Positions 12,917 through 27,720 are shown, counted from the first letter of the stretch. The stretch is 64,000 nt of DNA from Adineta vaga (GCA_021613535.1 CP075497.1:12462001-12526000), one strand, 5' to 3'. The notes: generated by a model not told the origin, from the letters alone. A program made the numbers and translations.

Positions 12917-14524
12917 TTTGAATGTTTCACAATCTCCTAAATGAACTTTATTTTATCAGAAAATATATTATAAAGAAAACGTTTCTTTAAACTAGAGAAT
13001 AGAAAAATTCATTTTATTTCATATATTTTCCCGAAAAAGTGTAAGTTTGCCCTTAAAAATTGAATCAGTGAAGTGAAAACAGTCGTGACTATCACTAATA
13101 GATGGACAAATAACAATAATATTCGGAATATCATGTCTTACAAAGGTAGCTTTTTCCTTCCGTCTCTATTTCTTTATATCATGGGGGTTCTCTTCATTTG
13201 ACAAAATGATGAGCATAAAAATCAGCTTCTTTAATAAACAATAAGATAAATCACCAGTTCATCTAGTATAAATGTAAAAGCTGAACTCTCGTAATACCTT
13301 TCAATACATTTAAACAGACAATTTAATTTCTCATACTTCAACTTTTTTTCTAATTAAAAATAGTATCCATTAAAATCCAGTCCTTTTTAGTTTTCTTCGC
13401 AAATACTATAGATCATCTGTTGCTTCTTGTTTTATTCAGTTTGAATTCATCAATAAGATTTAGAAAAATGAAATTTATGTTAACAAATCACAGAATATTT
13501 TCATAATAATTCTGTTTTTTAACATTATAATGATCTCCGAAGAATTTTGAACTGATAATAATTTACTATAATATAATCTATTTTATTTATTATAGAGTTT
13601 ACATCAAGAATAACTTCAAAAACGTATTTTCTTTAATACTTAGAGTGAAATATTTTCAGTAAGAAGCTGAAAATAGTTAGTTAGTTAGTTAGTCATTATA
13701 TACACGTCACCATGTACTTTTTTAGTTCGACTGTCATTGGGTGCATATCTATTCTCAGATGAAATTGTAATTAGTTATTTTATACTGTTATTAACGTAAA
13801 AATCACTTCTGTTTTTCTTAAAATTCAATTTCCTTACAAGCTGCTGATGTTTCGTCAATTAATATTGAATTATTAGAATATGAGTGTTACGATCTGTGTT
13901 ATACAGGAGATATCCTATCTATTTCTTTCTTTTCTTTCCTTCTCTCTTTTCGTTCGTGTTTATGAATATGTGTGTGTCAGTCGATTTTTGTACTTTCGAC
14001 TCTCAACCTGATAAAATAAACAACAGAAAGGAGGACAGCCTATTAACAATGAGAAAAGAGTGAATGATAAACATAAATAACTCAAATATCTAATTTCATA
14101 GGATCGTAATTGATTTATCCTAACGAACGAGAACTGTTTGCAAACACTATGTTTATATATAAATATTTCCTAATTATTCTCACAAATCTACAATCTGATT
14201 AGGGAATTAGAAGTGTTATTGGTAATATCGATGCAACTGTCAATTTGATCATTAATAACGATACTCAATGTATATCGATAGAAACGTGATTAGAATAAAC
14301 AACGAATGTTTATAAAACAGGTGAATCTTATGAAGATGAGAGTATGTTTATCTTTTAGTCATTCTAAATCATCGATTAGCTAAAGAAACATTCCGAAAAT
14401 ATGAATAAATAAATCTCAAAAGACTATTATCGAAATATTTTCATAACTAAAACTTGCGCTTTGAAAATGAAGTTTTATTAACAAATAATCAATATAAAAT
14501 AGATTCAATCAATAAATAATAAAG

Positions 14525-15295
14525 TTAATGTTTAACATGTGTAGATGAGGGTTCCCAAACTCCAAGAGGTAAAACTTGTTGTTTCCAAGTTATATTAATA
14601 ACAATAGCAGCTGAACCATACCAAGCAACAGCTGCTGTTAGAATTCCAAACCATCCTCCAACATTTGTTACAACTGGTGTATTTGTTAAATTTCCAATAA
14701 TTAATAATAAAAATGTTATATTAAGTACTGTAAATAGAATAAATAAAAGTTTTGATGTTCGATAAGCCGCAACATTCATATAAAGTGTAAAAATAAACCA
14801 TGATAATAAAAATAAACCAGTTGCTTGTTTTGCTTTACCAGTTGAAGCTATTTCTGGTACAACTATATGAACATAAGCAGCAAATGACATCCAAAAACCT
14901 CCATAACTTGTAAATGCAGTTGCACCAAATGTATTATTAATACTAAATTCCCACATACCCGCAGCAAATTGTGCTAAACCACCATAAAATAAAGCAACAG
15001 GTAGAACAACTCCTTCTAATTTACTATCAATTAAATTTGAACCAGCATTAAATACTGAAAGCATAAATGTTGTTAATGCAAATCCACCAAGACCAAGTGC
15101 ACCAGGATTTCCAAGTGTTGTCGGAACGGGTGTCCTTTGTGATATGCCTCCAATACGATGTAATAATAATTCAAATTGTTCATTTGTTAATGATGGAGTA
15201 TTCTTTAAATCAGAATTATTCGATTTATTTAATAAATTCATATCAATCGTTGTATTTGTTGAAGTTTCGTCAGATTGATCAGCAACTTTCGCCAT
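14525..15295 (-). CDS. GPR1/FUN34/YaaH (SatP/Ady2) family acetate/monocarboxylate transporter
   Basis: Intronless, 256 aa, six hydrophobic segments. Family signatures NPGALGLGGFALTT, FYGGLAQFAAGMWEF, NTFGATAFTSYGGFW and GGWFGILTAAVAWY. Confidence 0.95.
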   Translation of the reverse strand: MAKVADQSDETSTNTTIDMNLLNKSNNSDLKNTPSLTNEQFELLLHRIGGISQRTPVPTTLGNPGALGLGGFALTTFMLSVFNAGSNLIDSKLEGVVLPVALFYGGLAQFAAGMWEFSINNTFGATAFTSYGGFWMSFAAYVHIVVPEIASTGKAKQATGLFLLSWFIFTLYMNVAAYRTSKLLFILFTVLNITFLLLIIGNLTNTPVVTNVGGWFGILTAAVAWYGSAAIVINITWKQQVLPLGVWEPSSTHVKH

Positions 15296-18214
15296 TGAAA
15301 CGGTTTTTGTTTGTGTGTCGAAATGTTTATTTTAACACTAGAACATTCGTCTTTATAGGTGGATGATGTGAATGCACGAAGAGAACAATCAACGATTCAC
15401 ATAAACAATCTCATTTACGACGTTAGAAAAAAAAACACAAAATATGTTATGTATGTATAGATTAAAAGGCAAAAACACACACCTTTAGAAAAAATCAATT
15501 CAATGAATATTTATTTTTTATCATTTTCATCTTAAAAACAATAATTATCTTTCATTTTTTTTGAAATTCTCAAAAATATGTTTATAATCGAAACCGAAAA
15601 GGTTAATGTACTAATTCAAAAATCACCGAAATGTATTCGTACAAATAACCTTTTTGGCGGCGTATCGTATAAGGTGTGTGTAGGTGTCATACTTTCGTCG
15701 ACATGCTCTATACGCGTGCTCTTTGTCTTTAATTTGCTACATTTCGATGTACTTTAATATCCTCTTTTGTTTTTCTTATATGAATAGATGAGATTATAAA
15801 CATGTATTTTGTATCAAAATTCAATGTGATTCTTGGAAGAAGGAAAAGAACAAAAAGAGAAATAATATCATCAGAAATGGTCCGTGTAGGAAATTCGTTT
15901 TTGTTGATATTAATATATTTTAAAAAACGAAATTTTATTATTATTAATATTTATTTGAATATTTCAAATATTTTTCTCTATTAATAACAACAATTGTTCG
16001 TTCAGTTTATATTTTGATCACATTGATATGTCTGCATGATTATACAATAATAAATACATGTACTTTACGTTTAATATCTTTCAAAGGTCAAATGTACCGA
16101 TATGAAAAGACATTAATCAATGTCTTCTCATTCAGTTTTGTTTTTTCTTACAATAAAATAAACAAAAAAGAAGTCTATACTTTCAAAACAACGATGATTA
16201 TCATCTCTTTCAATAACTGAAGTTTTTCATAGGTAATTTTATTTTATTAAAAATGACTTTATATAGGAAATCTTGAAGGTATCGATTCATTACATTGAGT
16301 TCATGTCACAATATTAGATGGATCGAATATAGACGATGAAAGGATAATAAGCAGATATAAACAAAACTACCATAAGATTTCAATTATCTGGAGTTTTAAT
16401 AGATCGAATTTGATGATGCCATTTGCAATTATCTTGAATCAACTAATCCAGGTTATATATCCTTTGATTTACTGCTGAGATATGATATACAGGTACTGTT
16501 CTTATCGCATCATTTCTTAACACATTCTTTTGAAATAATCGACTCAAGATTCCTTACTACGAGATATTTTCGGAAATATAAAATCTAACTAATCACTTAT
16601 TCTTCGAATATTAAGTGATAGAGTAACGTTGACTGTTTTTATCATTTAGCTGATTTCATGCAATGTAATTTTAAAAAAGTATCTGTTTTTGAATATGAAC
16701 ATTAGATATTATTTATATGAACAATTCTTTGTTAGTGCCTTATGGCAAATCTGACACGTTATTTTTAAAATCATTAAGCTTTCAATACAATAAAACAAAA
16801 GCGATGATGGAATCGACCGATATCAAACGTCTTGATTGGGCTCCTCTTCTAAAAATGCAGATAGACACAAATTACGTAAATAAAACTATTAAATAATTTA
16901 CCACATTGATCGAGATAGAACTCATAATAAACGTGCATAAGGACAGAAACAACATTGTTTGAATTTAAACCAAGAATTGTGACATCTTTTGTATTTCGAA
17001 TATGTTTGAGAAAGTTATATAATCCATCACGTTTTAGCTTCAATTGATCACAGAGATTATTGGTTATCGGCTCAATCATGACTTTATAGAATCATATTAA
17101 AAAAAGAACTCACAATAATTTGACAGAACAAACTCACTGGGATCGAGATGAGCATATTTGCCCAGAAAATGACGTATTTTTGAATTACATTTCACCATAT
17201 TATCTTGGTTTTTTTTTCGAGATTGTGCACTTTTTAATTTCATGCTGTCCGAGTAATCGACAGCGCTTGTATAATTAACGATGAGCGAGCAGACTTGTGA
17301 TCACTTTCACTCGTGCTCGAGCTTGGTGATGACAATTCGACAAGAACCATTTTTTTATTGGTGTCACTGAATGAGTCGATAGCTTAATATAGAAAATGAG
17401 ATGATTATTTATTATTCTACGAGAAAATACCACGATTAGGAATAACTAAATTATTATCACCAGCATCACTGAGCGACGTATCATTTGTTCTACAACAAAT
17501 ACGATTATAATCAGTTCAAAAAACAAAAAAATTACCCTTCACGTTGACTAATAGACGCCTTTGAACGATCCAATAGCTTCAATATAATATCAATATGAGA
17601 TTCACTTTCAAGATCGGACAGTAATGAAACAGACACTACTGTATTATCTTTTAAATCGACAAAAGACATCATCAGGTTATCTGGAACATTTAATTCTCGT
17701 CGAATATAATTCTCCAAAAGGTCATGTCGTTCATTTCTGCGAAACTTATATCGAAGCTGTTGTTCACCCATAGAAAAGTTTATAATTTGCATTAATGATA
17801 TAGATATAGGTACAAGTATAGAATGAGGACACCCTTCCCCTACACCCTCACGTCGTCGATGCTCTGTATGCAATATATTAATTAAATGTGGATGATGTCC
17901 CTATTCTAGACAAGCACCCTTTATCGATGCGTTGTTCTCATCTCATATTCTTTTAGTATTTGAATAATTTCACTTGTATGGCTATGGCTAAAACGGTTGA
18001 CGAATGAACGAATATAAAAAAAAAACTTAGTTTAGCAGTTGTTTTCACGATAAGTAACTGCAGATGTCGCAGGATTTTAAACATCCAATACGGATATTTA
18101 TTAGTCCTGTATCGTTAAAAGACATTATTCTTCATTACTACTAGTACACGATACAAATAAAGTGTGATCTTTAATAGTAAATCATTTGAATAATTCCTCA
18201 TAATCTGTAGCGAC

Positions 18215-18553
18215 GTAACAGTATCACCAAGTGCACTGAAATCGATATTTCAAGGGAAGAAAAATAAATGCAGAAACTTTGGATTTTATCCGAAAGTTAT
18301 TTGTACTGCAAAAAGTGTATGAGATAGAAGACACAAGGAAGTCCTAAGAAAATATTAGTATTTTTTCAATAATTTGGGAATATTTCGTCCAATCATCCTC
18401 ATTTTCGAACTCAAGCGAGATATTAATGAGATGATAGTGTATACAAAATCTCAGGGTATCGGATTAATCTTTCGAGAGTTATCGTGTAAACGAACGGTCG
18501 GACACACTAAATGATTTTAGTAGTATACTGTGTACTCACTTTTTGAGTACACA
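18215..18553 (+). mobile_element. Helentron/DINE-like non-autonomous element (putative)
   Basis: GAGTTATCGTGTAAACGAACGGTCGGACA motif followed by a terminal hairpin TGTGTACTCA-CTTT-TGAGTACACA at ~18529-18552. Confidence 0.45.
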
Positions 18554-19699
18554 AACAATGTGACAACCAATAAAAAGTGTCATTTGTACAGCAATTTAAC
18601 TTTTATAGGAACAAGATCAAAAGATGTAAGCTATAGTAGTCTTAGAGAACTTTTCTTATATCCTTTTTTCTTTCCAATAATGGAAGAATATCGATATTTA
18701 TTTTTTCGAATTTTAACTACATTTGTTTAACATAGTTTATATAAATCAAAACTACGTGAATAATTGTATATATATTCATTTTTTCAATGTAAATCAAATA
18801 AATCATCTGTTACATATTTATATAAATTTATTACTGAATAAAACTTAAAAAACCATTCAATTTCTTTATTTTTAATCCAAACTATACGACCAGCACATTA
18901 TTCTTCTATACTCAATGAACTATTAGATGATATTCCATAACGTAATTAAGGGAGATCGGAGTCAATAGGAACTATGTAATATTAGTTATATCCGAGCAAA
19001 ATATAAATAACTTTTTGTTGTCTATTATTCAGGAGAACTCGAAGATAAAGATCTTGATAGGTATGCGTTGGAAGCCGATCGACTTTACATAATTCTGACC
19101 TTCGAAATTCACTAGTTAAGATGCATTAACCTGAATTGACAGGGAAGTTTTAAAAAAATATTTTCTATCTATATTTAAAATGAATATATTAAATTTTCAG
19201 TTAAAGCAAAAAGAATTAAATCTATATAAGCTCTTCTTCAATTGTTTTATTTATGATGTTAAATCAAAATGAAATAGTCGATTTTTCTGTGATGAGTTCA
19301 GATACTTTAGCTCCTTGTTGAGAAAATAAAGATGTATCCATATTTATATGATTTAGTATCTAAGAAAAACTTTATAAAGATTGTACTCGTGAATTTATTT
19401 CAAATAATCCAAAATCGTCTTCAATTCCAGATGGACTTTTAACATCACAAATACAAATTATGAATTTACACGGAAATAATATATAAACATCTTTGAAGAA
19501 TCAATCGATAAGAAAAATCTTTCAACATATTATCCAAGTTTATTGGATTAACTTTAAGAACATCAATTGATCATATTTTATATTATAGAAGAAAATTTTA
19601 ATTAAATCACTGAAGAAATTTTATCCCATAAAGTTTTTAATAAAATTCTTGCTAATTGAAAATGATTAGAATTATGAATATAATGAGGTTTTTCCAGAG

Positions 19700-22600
19700 G
19701 TATAAGAAGAATATTATCATGTCAGGTTTGATCTGAATCATTTTTCAAATATTCTTGAACTTTTTCTTGAAATATCATTGTTTGCAAATTTTTAATTGAA
19801 ATCCAATTTTATTTTGATCATCTTCATTTAATAACATTACATTTGAAAAGATTTGTGAAGTATCTGTAATAACATACGGAAGAACAAAAACCCATTTGGA
19901 AAGAAATTTAGATCGATTTTCATTAACAATTTCCTTTCTTATTGATTCAACACGATATTTATGATCTTCAAATGAAATCAATTTAAAATTGATAAATCCT
20001 TTTCTTAAAATTTACCACGTACAGGTGAAAGTAATTTGGCATAATTGAAATAAAAAGCAGCCGCACAACCTGTACCAACACTTGTACATTGCTTAAAGTA
20101 GATTTTCATAAAACGCAAAAATCAGTTAAAAAACTACGGAATGATATAGGTAAAATTTTCTCCAATCGATTTCACGTAAATAAAAATGTCACGAGTCGAC
20201 GCAGAATTAAATTCTAAGTTAAACAGACTTGTTTGTACGAACGGGAATTCATTTTTAGAAAAAAGTTTAGCAAAATACTATTATTTTTCGTGCTAGCTTC
20301 ACACCGATTGCTAATTCCCCTGCCCTTCAAAGTAAATAAATCAATACACACAGTGAGGCTATGCTGAGGGTGAATTTAGTCTATAAATATCTTATTCTCA
20401 TCCACAATCTCGTTCTCAATATATATAAAGATTTGAGTTTCATATTTTAGCTCCAAAGGGGCTGCGCTGTCAAGCTTTTAGTCTTATCACACTGGAATGT
20501 CTCTTGTTCATTATAAACTTACTGATGAATGTTCATCTAAGAATTGATTCATATCTTGAAAATGATGAGTATAACTTTTTGAAAGGATATTCATATCTAT
20601 TCAATAAAAAAAAAGTTTATTTCTTTCATCAGAAAAAAGGATTTGCATTTTACTTTTTAAATAAAAAATTAATTCTTTTAATTCGTTGTTGTTTAATTTG
20701 CATTTCATTTCAGATAAATTAAATGTTATATATGGAATTGTTTGAACAAAACGACAAGAAAAATATTGAATTGTATTGTTAAATAAAATGAATATGTCGC
20801 GAAATACATTTGTCTAAATTAATAAAAATAATTTTTTATTTTACTTGACAAGTTTTATTTTCAACATATTGAATAATTAATTTATTAATATTATTTGTTG
20901 GATCTTCATTACAAATAAATAAAACTTGATCAGTGATATTCAATAAATTTAATGTACTATTCGTGTCATTGATTTGATAACCTTCATTTTCTAATTGTTT
21001 TTTAAGTTCACTTTACGAAAAAATAGAAAAAACGAAATTTATTCAATTAAAAATCTTTTCAATAAGTTTACTTGATAAATATCATTGCAGATGGATTTTC
21101 TTGAATTTGATTTGAATAAAATAAACTAACACGATTATTTGCATTATTAAGTATCATTGATTCAATCTAAAATATAAAAAGAATTTTTATTTTTATATTA
21201 CAAAAAATATCAAAACTCACAAGAAAAGATAAATCTGGATCAGGAATTGTTTCATATCAATGATCAATTTCATCTTTTATTTGTTTCCATTATGGTTGAT
21301 AATCAGCATCTAATTATTCAAAACAAATATTTCATTATTTAAGAATATAGAGTGTCCAGAAAGTCATCAGAGTTGGCGGAGAATTTTGAATATTTTCATA
21401 ATTCTTCAACCAAATGAATTGAATTGAGGACAGGTAGCAGTTTTTGTTCATGACGGAAAAAGTCATTTGTGGGGATGAGCTCAGCATATTTTCCCTCAAT
21501 ACAAGACCAGTCGACTATGATGAGGATCTGATTATCATTCAAAGTAGCTTTATTATTGTGTTTTTGTGACTGGTTCAACAGCGAACGACAATTTCTTTCA
21601 TACTAATAATGTTGCATTACGTGTCAACTATGTTTCTTGATAAATAAAGAAAATATTATCGTACAGTATTGCATTATAGCTATGAGCAACAAATGTTTGT
21701 GCGTAGCTTATTTATATAGCGACGAAAAGTTTGCTGAGATCATCCTCACAAATGACGTTTTCCGTCATGAACAGAAACTGCTACCTATCCTCTACCTTCC
21801 GAACAAAATTCAATTCATTTGGTTGAAGTGTTATGAAAATATTCAAATTTTATCTAAAAAATATCTACATTTTAGAATTTCGTTTTTTCGCCTTTGTTTT
21901 CTGGTAGCCTTTGAATATCTTTCGACTCTGAAATCCAAAAGAATTCTTTGTTCTCCCCGAGGTTGGAATAGACTTGTGAAAAGCAAAACACACAATCAAT
22001 AGTATCAATTCCATCATTATCATTAAAATAAATCAATTTAATTGAATCTGATAAATGATTAAATTGAAGAATTCGTTGAAGCATTGAACAAAATCTTAAA
22101 TATTCATCATATTTTTGTGTTAATGATATTTGTCCAGATTTTGTTAATTGATCAAGTATTGATAAAATATATGGATATTCACCACAAAATAAATACTTTA
22201 AAAGAAACGAAAAAAACGACATAAATGAAGAAGATTGTTTTTTTTTGAATTTTATACTCGAATAATATTTCCATGAGAATCGAATTCATCAAAATAATAA
22301 TAAGTTCGACGTAAATAACGATTATATCGATACATTGGAGGTGATCGAAGAACTTCACTTGAAATAAACAAATACATTGAAAAAGATTTTTTTTCAAAGA
22401 AAATGTTACTTATTTGCCCATGCTAATTGAATTTTTTCATGATCATTTCTATCTTTAATTGTACCTTGCAGGATGATTTGATCAGATTCATTTGGTATAA
22501 TTGTATCAGGTGGACCAAAATCACATGAAGATGGTAGAATTAAAAAATAAACAGGTATCATTCTTATCTCTTTAATTGTTTTATCAGATTTTCTTTTAAT

Positions 22601-23540
22601 CTTCTCTGACTGATTTTTATAGATATAATAACAATCTTTTGACGTTTTTTTCATGGTATTTATACCAGTATGTCCATTCTCATGCGTTAATATTTGATCT
22701 TTTGATATAAAATAACATTTTTTTGTTGAATCATCATCTTTCTCAAATATCTTAATGATATGTTCATTCTCTCTAAGAAAAACGAAGATTTATTAAGAAA
22801 AGAAATGAAGATATTTACGAATGAATAGTTATTGAAGGGATATATTCATAATTCCATTGTCTAATATCATCTTTCAATTGAATTTTAATTAAAATCTGAA
22901 AAGGAAATTGATCTTCATAGATTTGAATTAATTCAATATCAGAAGATTCATTTGTTGATGGACTTTTTTCAAGAAAATCTTTTTCAATTCTTGTATGAAA
23001 TTTAACAGATATTATCTTTGGAAATAAATCACAATTAACTATTTCATTGAAAAGAAATTCAAGAAATAGATTATTTGCTAAAATGGATAAAATTTTCAGA
23101 AAGAAAAAAAACTAAGAAAAAGATCATCGTACTTGAACCAATTTGTCGATTAAGGTATGAGAAATAATAATTAAATAAAAGACCACTACCGATACTATTT
23201 CCATGAAGAATTAATGGAGAATGAGAAGACAAGTTTCTCTAAAGAGAAATTTAATACAAGTCAATGTGTTTATCTTTTAAATCTTCTTTGAAATGAATTC
23301 TTATATATATATTCAATCAGTAAAATACGAACTTAATGTTTATTACTTACAAAATATAACTGAGATTCAGAATTTGGATTATTGGACATCATTGAAGTAT
23401 TGCAATCAATCTGAAAATATATAGATTTATTAGTAAGTGAAAAGAAGAGAAGAGTCGAATGATTTATTTTTGGAATTAATAAAGAAAACCAAGTCAGATT
23501 TGATTGTGTCACTTTACCTATTGGCGTGTAATGTCATGAG
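19700..23540 (-). pseudogene. Decayed multi-exon gene of unknown product
   Basis: A chain of exon-like blocks with GT/AG ends (HTLIDKLVQ, DFGPPDTIIPNESDQ, RSPPMYRYNRY, GEYPYILSILDQL, YETIPDPDLSFL, QCTSVGTGCAAAFYFNY), interrupted by several stops and frameshifts. Boundaries are approximate. Confidence 0.5.
21346..21855. mobile_element. Non-autonomous TIR element (Tc1/mariner-like MITE) with ~120-bp inverted arms
   Basis: 21377-21495 is an imperfect reverse complement of 21725-21852; both ORF-track translations share NDxFRHEQKLLP. The left end TATAGAGTGTCCAGAAAGTC resembles Tc1 termini. The right end is truncated. Confidence 0.7.
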
Positions 23541-24294
23541 TAAAAAATACATCGCTTTTCTTTTCTGCAAGATAGAAATATATGAATCATCGAAGTTTCT
23601 TCTTCCGTTCTTGTTCTTTTCCTACTCTACGAATGTTACAAGACGCTTTATATTCAATGACAGTATTTACTTCAAACTTTCATTATTTCATTGAGGTTTA
23701 TACGAAAAACGATCTAATTCATCAAAAACATTCATTTTTAAACATATGACATTAAGAGCTGCTCATTTGTCTAAACAAATTTTCCTATGTGATTTTTAAA
23801 CAGAAATAAGATATCTATTTCGTAGATGAATTGATTCAAATTGTGACATGGAAATTCTTCAAAGTTAATTTTCATCAACTTTTGGACTTCGAACAGTAAT
23901 TTAAAATTGATTATTTTCTAATGAAATATTTCATATTCGCTGTTCGTAGTGATGAATAAATTGATCGTGCTGAAGTTAAAAGTTGATAGAATTCTTTGCG
24001 AATTTTCTCTGCTAAGAGACAATGTGTTTTCGGATCTAAGTAAAAGATTCATTTTTCGAAAATTTCGCGACAATCATCAAGATCAAATCGACTATAACCC
24101 GATAGATCAGAAAGAACTTCGATCAATTTCATCAATGGTAAACTAACACATATATTTTCAGCGAATGAAATTCAATGTTGTTGTTTTTTACAACTAGTAA
24201 TCAGTGTTAGTCAATAAATTGCTATAGTAGTAGTGTTCAATGCATATATTTCAAGTAAAAGAACAATCAAACAAAGAAGAAAAGAAAAAAGAAG

Positions 24295-27200
24295 TTAATT
24301 GTTAGTCCAAATTTCATCGACATGAAATTCTAACATTTCAAGTCCAGATAAATTTTGTACTTGATTCATATAATACAAAAGATCACTTGTTAAAAGACCA
24401 TGTTGTGGTCCTCCATCATTAGCAATTCTTAATTGACGTAAACGTTTTCCTAATAATTGTTTAAATATTGAATTGAGACGAGTAAAAAGTAAAATCAGAT
24501 CACTTGGCGATACAATACGTGCAACAGCATTATAAAATGCAGTTATATGACGAGTTACAAGTGTACGAAAACAATCACTAGGTACTGGAGCACGTACTTC
24601 ATAGGAAGATAATGTATCACCAAATGTACTTTCAATTATTGATATTAATTTACCATGAATTTCATCAATATGTTCAGAATATAATTTTGTTAATTGTTCA
24701 AATTGACGATTTGATGACATCGAAGAAATACTTGAACTTGATTCAGATGTAATCTTTTAAGAAAAAAATAGAGAAAATTATCCGAGGGAAAGTAGCAATG
24801 CGCTGTTGAGAGAAAAGCGGTTCCCATTTCCTCGCATCTTTATACTTCTCGATGGGTTCTGAAGATTTCAACTTACTAATAGATGATCAAATCTTGATTT
24901 AATTTTCGGTAAAGTAATTTTAACAAATTGTAAACATCGACAAGTAATTGCAAGAATTTTCGCTGAAATTGTTCGAATTTTTCCTAATCTAACAGCACCA
25001 GCACCTAAAACTAGTTGACATGTTTTAGAATTGAAAACATTTAATAATTCAATAAGACGATATTGAACATCATTGATTGATGACGAAGGTAATAATTGTG
25101 CACATGAACAATAATCAAGAACTAACATAAATAGATGAAGTGAACTATTAGATAACACAAATTGTTCATTATTTATTATTAAAATATCGGAATTTGTGGA
25201 ATTTATGATCGGTGTTTGAGAAAATAAATCATCAATAGAATTTTGAATTGAACGAGGAACAGGAACCTTTTATAAAAATGAAAATGAAAAGAAAAGAATA
25301 AAAAAAAATAAAATTCAAACTTGTTTCCATTGTTCATTATCTAATGTATCAGCCACACGTTGTTTTCTTTCATCATGAAAAGAATTTAAAAATTTACTTG
25401 TTTGAATTTGTAGAAAACTTTTCAATGGAAGTGACGAATATTTCTTTTCATATTCATTAAGATTTTGAATAAAATTTTCAATTAATTTAACCATTTGTGC
25501 ATATTCATCTAAAGATAAACGTTCGATTTGTACTTGATAACGTGTCGATTCTTGAATGAAAATATTAATTAAACGATCTTCAACTGAATCATATAAATTA
25601 TATAATAAAGAATTAGTGAAATTTTCTTGATGTTTTTGAAGAGATTCATTGATTAATTGATTTACATTGGATAAACGATGAAGTCCCTGTTCACTTAATG
25701 TTAACACATTTGTTATTGTTCGAAACCATAACGGATATGAACTTGTATAATTAGTTATTGATGATGGATATACATAACGAGTATTTAATGATGATTTCTC
25801 TTCAGTTTGACCAGATTGATCACTAAAATATCTCAAAATATTCAATTTTTATACAGAAGATTCGAAGCACAACTAAAATGTGGAACCTACATAGTATCAT
25901 GACCTACTGTAAGCCGTGGCGTAACTAGAATTTTGGCGGTGGTGGAGCTGATCTCAACCTGCCCTTCACCTTCTCCATTGGTTATCGCATTATCTGTAAG
26001 AAATCGAGCGGAGACAAAATTCATCGATTTAAAACTTTCTCTGAATTGAATTTCAGAAAATAGACGAAGATAGAAATGGGAGCGGATGTTTATAAGTTCT
26101 AAATAATGAATTTACGAACACGTATTTATATAATCTCAATGTAAGAAATCTTCTGAATATTTTTCTCTTCAGATTTCGAATTGTTTAAAAGAAAACCAAC
26201 CTATTCGTTTTGTTCGATAATTTCATTGATTTTTCTGAAATTGTATTTAAAGCTTTATCAATAATTTCATAAATAAACGATTCAAATTTCGAACGAATTT
26301 CTTCAAGATATTTTTCATCTTTAACTCGAATTAATCCAATAAGAATTGTTATAAATTTATCATCTTCAACAAATTCATTTGTTGATAAATTATCTAAATA
26401 CAAAAAAAAAACATTGAAAACATGTTCTCATTTCCTAATCAAAAAGCAAAACCTTGTAATAACTGATTTAATGTTTGTCCAAATTCTTGTCTCATTAAAT
26501 TAATATTTAATCGATAAAGTTCTTTTAATTGTGCATCAAAAAATCTTAATGATGAAAGATCATTTAATTGTGAAGAAATAATTTCACGTGTTTGATCAAT
26601 TAAATCTAAAGCCGATAAATAATCACTTGTAGATAATAACGATTGAACTTGAAGATGTGTTTGTTTAACAATAGATAAAGATTCTAAACGTTTTAGTAAT
26701 TCACGTTGATTTTGTCTTTGACGAAGTAAACGTGATAAACGAAGAAGAGTTAATAAGGATTGTGAATCATAATTTGATAATTGTTCACGAAGAGATAAGA
26801 TTGCATGTCGTGTTGTATTTAAAAATGATTGAATATCATCATGAGAACGAACTGCATCATGAAAACAATGAGATTTTGTCGATAAAGCACGACTAATTAA
26901 TAATTCAACTTCATCTAAATAATGATTATATTTATCTTGTAATAAACGTGCGGAAGAATTTATTGAATGTTTTGGAGAAGAATTTGGATTACTAAAACAA
27001 ATAGAAGAGTTTATGATACATCAGAATTCTTCTTCTATCTAAAACTCTCGAGGTAAATAAAGAACAAACCTAATTGAACCATTTGCATTTGTTTTATTAG
27101 TAGTTGATGAAGTTGATTGTCTTCGATGATTTCCTTCGGATTTCTCTGAACTAGTCGAAGTTGTTCTTGATTTTTCTTGTTCAAATTGAATTGGTGATAG

Positions 27201-27720
27201 AGGACGATTTGTTGGAATTATTCCTGGAAAAACTAAATTGAATGTTGATGAATCATTTAATGTAAATTGTGATGAAAGAAATAATTGTGGAATATTTATA
27301 ACTGGAGTTGTTTTTTCTAAAAGATTTGAATCATTATTTGTTTGTTGTTGTTGCTGTGATTGTTGTCCAACAAAACGTGGTCGACCATATTTTTCACTTT
27401 TACGTAAACTAATAAAATAGTTTTCAAAATCACTTAAATTAAAATCACCAAGACGTGATAAAGGTTCAGGTAAACGATCAATAAATGAATTTCCTTTTAA
27501 ATTGAAAAACAAACAATCAAAATATCCTTTTTGCAAGAAATTCAAAACACAAACCCCAAGTTTTTGTGAAAAATGTTGATATTTCCGCTCGTGTCTTTTT
27601 CGGATCATTGAGAACACACGATAAATTAGATTGAAATACTGGTGAAGTTATCGTAGTTTCTCCATCAGATATTTTCTTCCGATTATTTGTTGTTGATGAT
27701 GATCCCAAGAATTGGCTCAT
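24295..27720 (-). CDS. VPS54: Vacuolar protein sorting 54 (GARP complex subunit), about 7 exons
   Basis: N-terminal SCVLNDP...FFTKTWG; FNSKTCQLVLGAGA; YEVRAPVPSDCFR; C-terminal NDGGPQHGLLTSDL. An alternative in-frame ATG lies at 27735. Confidence 0.93.
25905..26100. mobile_element. MITE-like insertion in an enlarged Vps54 intron
   Basis: GC-richer block starting CCGTGGCGTAACTAGAATTTT (hAT-MITE-like end) within an unusually long intron. Confidence 0.35.

Noticed and set aside
16849-17873. 76-aa and 113-aa ORFs, possibly transposon or gene fragments
   Set aside because: No recognisable motif or consistent exon chain, so I cannot support a call.
21396-22002. Two ORFs sharing NDxFRHEQKLLP on opposite strands
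   Set aside because: They are an artefact of the inverted repeat arms, not proteins.
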